Virus record (IMG/VR): IMGVR_UViG_3300010366_000058
Coordinates: 1 to 26,797 of that record
DNA length: 26,797 bases
Direction: 5' to 3' (one strand)
Origin: a virus
Taxonomy: Duplodnaviria; Caudoviricetes
The notes under the pieces are model-generated. The model worked only from the letters and a program-made list of their open reading frames with translations, made no database searches and was not told the DNA's origin. Positions 24,349 through 26,797 of this stretch are shown here, piece after piece; the stretch's first letter is position 1; every line of letters starts with the position of its first letter. The translations under genes were made by a program, and so were the position numbers.

Positions 24349-25576
24349 GTTTAGGCTCCAATTGTTCAAGTTTGGTTGCGGGACGGTAAGTTATGCCTCC
24401 TTTCTGGTCCGGGGCCGCGACGAGCATCCCTGAACGGACCATAATTTGCAGTATATTGAGGATGTTGTGGGCCGGGACTCGTTCCCGAAGGAAGGCGATG
24501 ATGCGGTGCTCTGAGAGAGGGCGTTTCTCCTTGGCGAACAGGGCACTCGCATACAGGAGGGTCTCTTCCATCGGAGACGAGTCTCCACCGGTCGTCATGG
24601 CCTTGAAGATTTCAGGCATCTGGATTTCGGCCTCGACGAGGAGGTTCAACGCTTCAGCATAGTTCTCAAGCGTAATAATCTTGTCGTCAGATCGGGACAG
24701 GCTGACGACCATGCAGAGCTTAAGTAAATGTGCGAGTCGTCGGGAGTTATAATATTGGAGGCGAGGGTGCCTAGGTTCGGGGGCAGATCCGTTTTTGAGC
24801 CAGGCTCGAATGGCGGTTTGGGTGTCGGAGGTAAATGCACATCGACCGAAGGCTGTTGATATTGATTTGAGGTCATGTAGAAGGTCATCGTGAAGTTGCG
24901 CCATTCCGGACGCCCTCTCATTTTCAACAAAGGGGTCCGTTGGAAGGCGCTCTCCTGAATAGACAAGTAGTACCCTGGAGATAAATCCCTGATCCCATGC
25001 TTCCTTAGGCATAGTCGCAGTAAGATAAGCAGGAGTGCACGCTCCAAGAAGGTTAATTTGCGGATGCTCAATTTTGATATGACGTTCTTTTCCCCGGCGT
25101 CGCTGGTCGACTTGGAAGCCATCATAGATGTCCGTTAAGCTGTTCATGAGGGAACCGTCCCACGAGGGAATCAAAACACCCAGCTCGCGGGCGATGATGC
25201 AGAGGGAGTTGAACTCGACGTAGGGAGGGTCACCGAGAAGGACGACCCGGCGAACTGACTCGCCGAGCGCGTCAATCATCGCTGCACCAGTTACGTCCGA
25301 GGGTCCAATTATCATGTTGGGGACCTCTCTGAAGATCAGTTCACCTGCCCTTATCGCTTGGCCCTTACCGATCCCAGGAGGACCGACAAGGATGGTATAG
25401 AGGTTCGGGTACAAGTCTGAGCCGCTCACGGTGACCCAGATTTTGCGTTCCATAGCGGCCGCGATAAACGAAATAGCCGCCCACTTGCGCATGAGCAACG
25501 GGGAGGGCAGTATTTCCGTATATTCTACATATGAGTCTATCCAGCTGCTAAGTCGACGTAGACCTGCGACGGTCAT
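24320..25576 (-). CDS. DUF3987-like P-loop AAA+ ATPase, putative replicative helicase
   Basis: YPNLYTILVGPPGIGKG Walker A, INLLGACTP sensor region, GFISR arginine-finger-like motif; directly downstream of the polymerase. Confidence 0.75.
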   Translation of the reverse strand: MTVAGLRRLSSWIDSYVEYTEILPSPLLMRKWAAISFIAAAMERKIWVTVSGSDLYPNLYTILVGPPGIGKGQAIRAGELIFREVPNMIIGPSDVTGAAMIDALGESVRRVVLLGDPPYVEFNSLCIIARELGVLIPSWDGSLMNSLTDIYDGFQVDQRRRGKERHIKIEHPQINLLGACTPAYLTATMPKEAWDQGFISRVLLVYSGERLPTDPFVENERASGMAQLHDDLLHDLKSISTAFGRCAFTSDTQTAIRAWLKNGSAPEPRHPRLQYYNSRRLAHLLKLCMVVSLSRSDDKIITLENYAEALNLLVEAEIQMPEIFKAMTTGGDSSPMEETLLYASALFAKEKRPLSEHRIIAFLRERVPAHNILNILQIMVRSGMLVAAPDQKGGITYRPATKLEQLEPKHETDPERGP

Positions 25577-26797
25577 CGGGCCATTTCCTTAGCCCCCAGG
25601 GGTTGTCTTCAGAGGCATTGGCCCAATTCCATACGACTTTTGCTTCGAGTGGCACCACAAACTGACGTCCCCCTTCAAGTTCGAGTGGAATTTTCATCGC
25701 CGCGAGTGCTTGCGGCAGGACTTCATTCTCACGGTCTTCAGGGTACTGTATCAAGATCGAGTCATGCACCTGTAACAACAGTTGGGCGATGTTTAGTCGC
25801 CAAAGGGCGAGCATTGCGTGGTTCATCTCGTCGGCGGTCATCGACTGACCTAGGAAGGCGACCGCCTGTTTGAGGGTATCGCGCTCGTCGCGACGACCAA
25901 AGAACCATCGCTTTCGACCGAAGGGGGTTACGAGGTAGCCCCGCTCGACCAATTCTTTTTGAACCCACTCGTGCAACCTTTGAATGCCAGGGAACGTCGT
26001 AAAGTAGGTTTCTTGGAAAGCCTCGATGGCTTTCTTTTCCATCTTTGTGTGACGGGACATCTCAAAAGGTGAACCCAGATAGTTGGTTCCGTGCCCCAGG
26101 ACTTTACACATATGCCTGAGGGAGTGGTGACGATAGAATGGCCTCTCGGCTATCGCGCGGTCCTCACGCGGCGTGCCGGGCCAAGGAAGCCTCGGTTGAC
26201 AGAGTTTAGCGACACCGGTGTGGAGATCGCCCGACTCGCACACATCGAGATACTTCGGGTCCCGGAGAACCGACCAGCACATCGCGGCCATGTTACGAGC
26301 GTCGGCCTGTTCGAGATCGATATTGGCGAACTTCATTCCTGGATCGGGGATGAAGATCCTTCGGAGACGTTCTTCAATATTCTGGACGTTTCCTCCAGTT
26401 CCAAAATCATTGAACGAACTACTGAAACGACCTGTCGTAGTGCCAGCAATGTTATATGACGTCCTGATGCGCCCGTCGGAGTCAACCTCTGCCTCAAGAA
26501 CTCCAATCTTTTTCCCAAAGTCTCTAAGAGAGAGTATATGTGAAATAACTGGTTGAGCGAGAAAGTGTACCTGTAATCGCTCAAGCGCCTCTCTTCCAAC
26601 GGTGCGTACGAGTTGTCCTTTTTCGTTTCGCTTCCGGACTTCTGGAAGCTTGAGTATATCATACAACAGAGTTCCAACCATAGCGTTGGATCGCCATGCT
26701 CGAGTCTTTCCATTATTTCTGAAATCGGTATATCCGACTCCAGAATGGACAATTTTGAATAGCTGCCGCTCGAGTCGCTCAGAATCACTTTTATATG
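25548..26797 (-). CDS. polA: family A DNA polymerase (partial; 5' end outside the window)
   Basis: TTTGRFSS..N.QNI, motif A DLEQADAR, motif B RHMCKVLGHGTNY, motif C QVHDS. The frame stays open from 26681 to the window edge (YKSDSERLERQLFK...). Confidence 0.95.
   Translation of the reverse strand, partial: YKSDSERLERQLFKIVHSGVGYTDFRNNGKTRAWRSNAMVGTLLYDILKLPEVRKRNEKGQLVRTVGREALERLQVHFLAQPVISHILSLRDFGKKIGVLEAEVDSDGRIRTSYNIAGTTTGRFSSSFNDFGTGGNVQNIEERLRRIFIPDPGMKFANIDLEQADARNMAAMCWSVLRDPKYLDVCESGDLHTGVAKLCQPRLPWPGTPREDRAIAERPFYRHHSLRHMCKVLGHGTNYLGSPFEMSRHTKMEKKAIEAFQETYFTTFPGIQRLHEWVQKELVERGYLVTPFGRKRWFFGRRDERDTLKQAVAFLGQSMTADEMNHAMLALWRLNIAQLLLQVHDSILIQYPEDRENEVLPQALAAMKIPLELEGGRQFVVPLEAKVVWNWANASEDNPWGLRKWPDDRRRSTST

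Noticed and set aside
26333-26788. 151-aa - strand ORF suggesting a frameshifted or split polymerase
   Set aside because: The polA frame itself is open to the window edge, so this is an alternative-frame shadow.
1-26797. Frequent TCGA/CTCGAG sites; tRNA, integrase or att site
   Set aside because: The word frequency is plausibly codon and composition driven and was not quantified. No tRNA cloverleaf or integrase was seen, so lifestyle cannot be determined from this window.

Overview
The window is a contiguous piece of a tailed dsDNA phage genome with a podovirus (P22-like) virion module. The + strand carries an apparently complete late region (about 1.17-24.1 kb). It runs: putative terS, a Pro-rich protein, terL, a five-gene fibre-like cassette, portal, two small basic proteins, scaffold, N4-gp56/DUF4043-type major capsid protein, decoration protein, beta-helix tailspike, gp4-like adaptor, gp10-like hub, three ejection proteins, an HxH tail fibre, holin and a two-domain endolysin. 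On the - strand, two small early genes diverge from a repeat- and hairpin-rich intergenic region at the left. At the right, a family A DNA polymerase (5'-truncated by the window), a DUF3987-like ATPase and a small ORF converge on the endolysin. An alphaproteobacterial host is inferred only from composition, promoter style and protein similarity recalled from memory. The most unusual signals are: (1) a 44-nt hairpin element present twice, 11.3 kb apart, with a compensatory change and an inverted loop, plus a hairpin-less version upstream of terS; (2) a bidirectional CGCAACAAAAG repeat cluster; (3) three RCGANA-loop hairpins before the scaffold gene; (4) a C-terminal peptide shared by two unrelated small proteins; (5) an amidase plus RlpA-like endolysin; (6) a PolA with His at the 762-equivalent position. 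All protein family calls come from motif recognition by eye, not from database searches.
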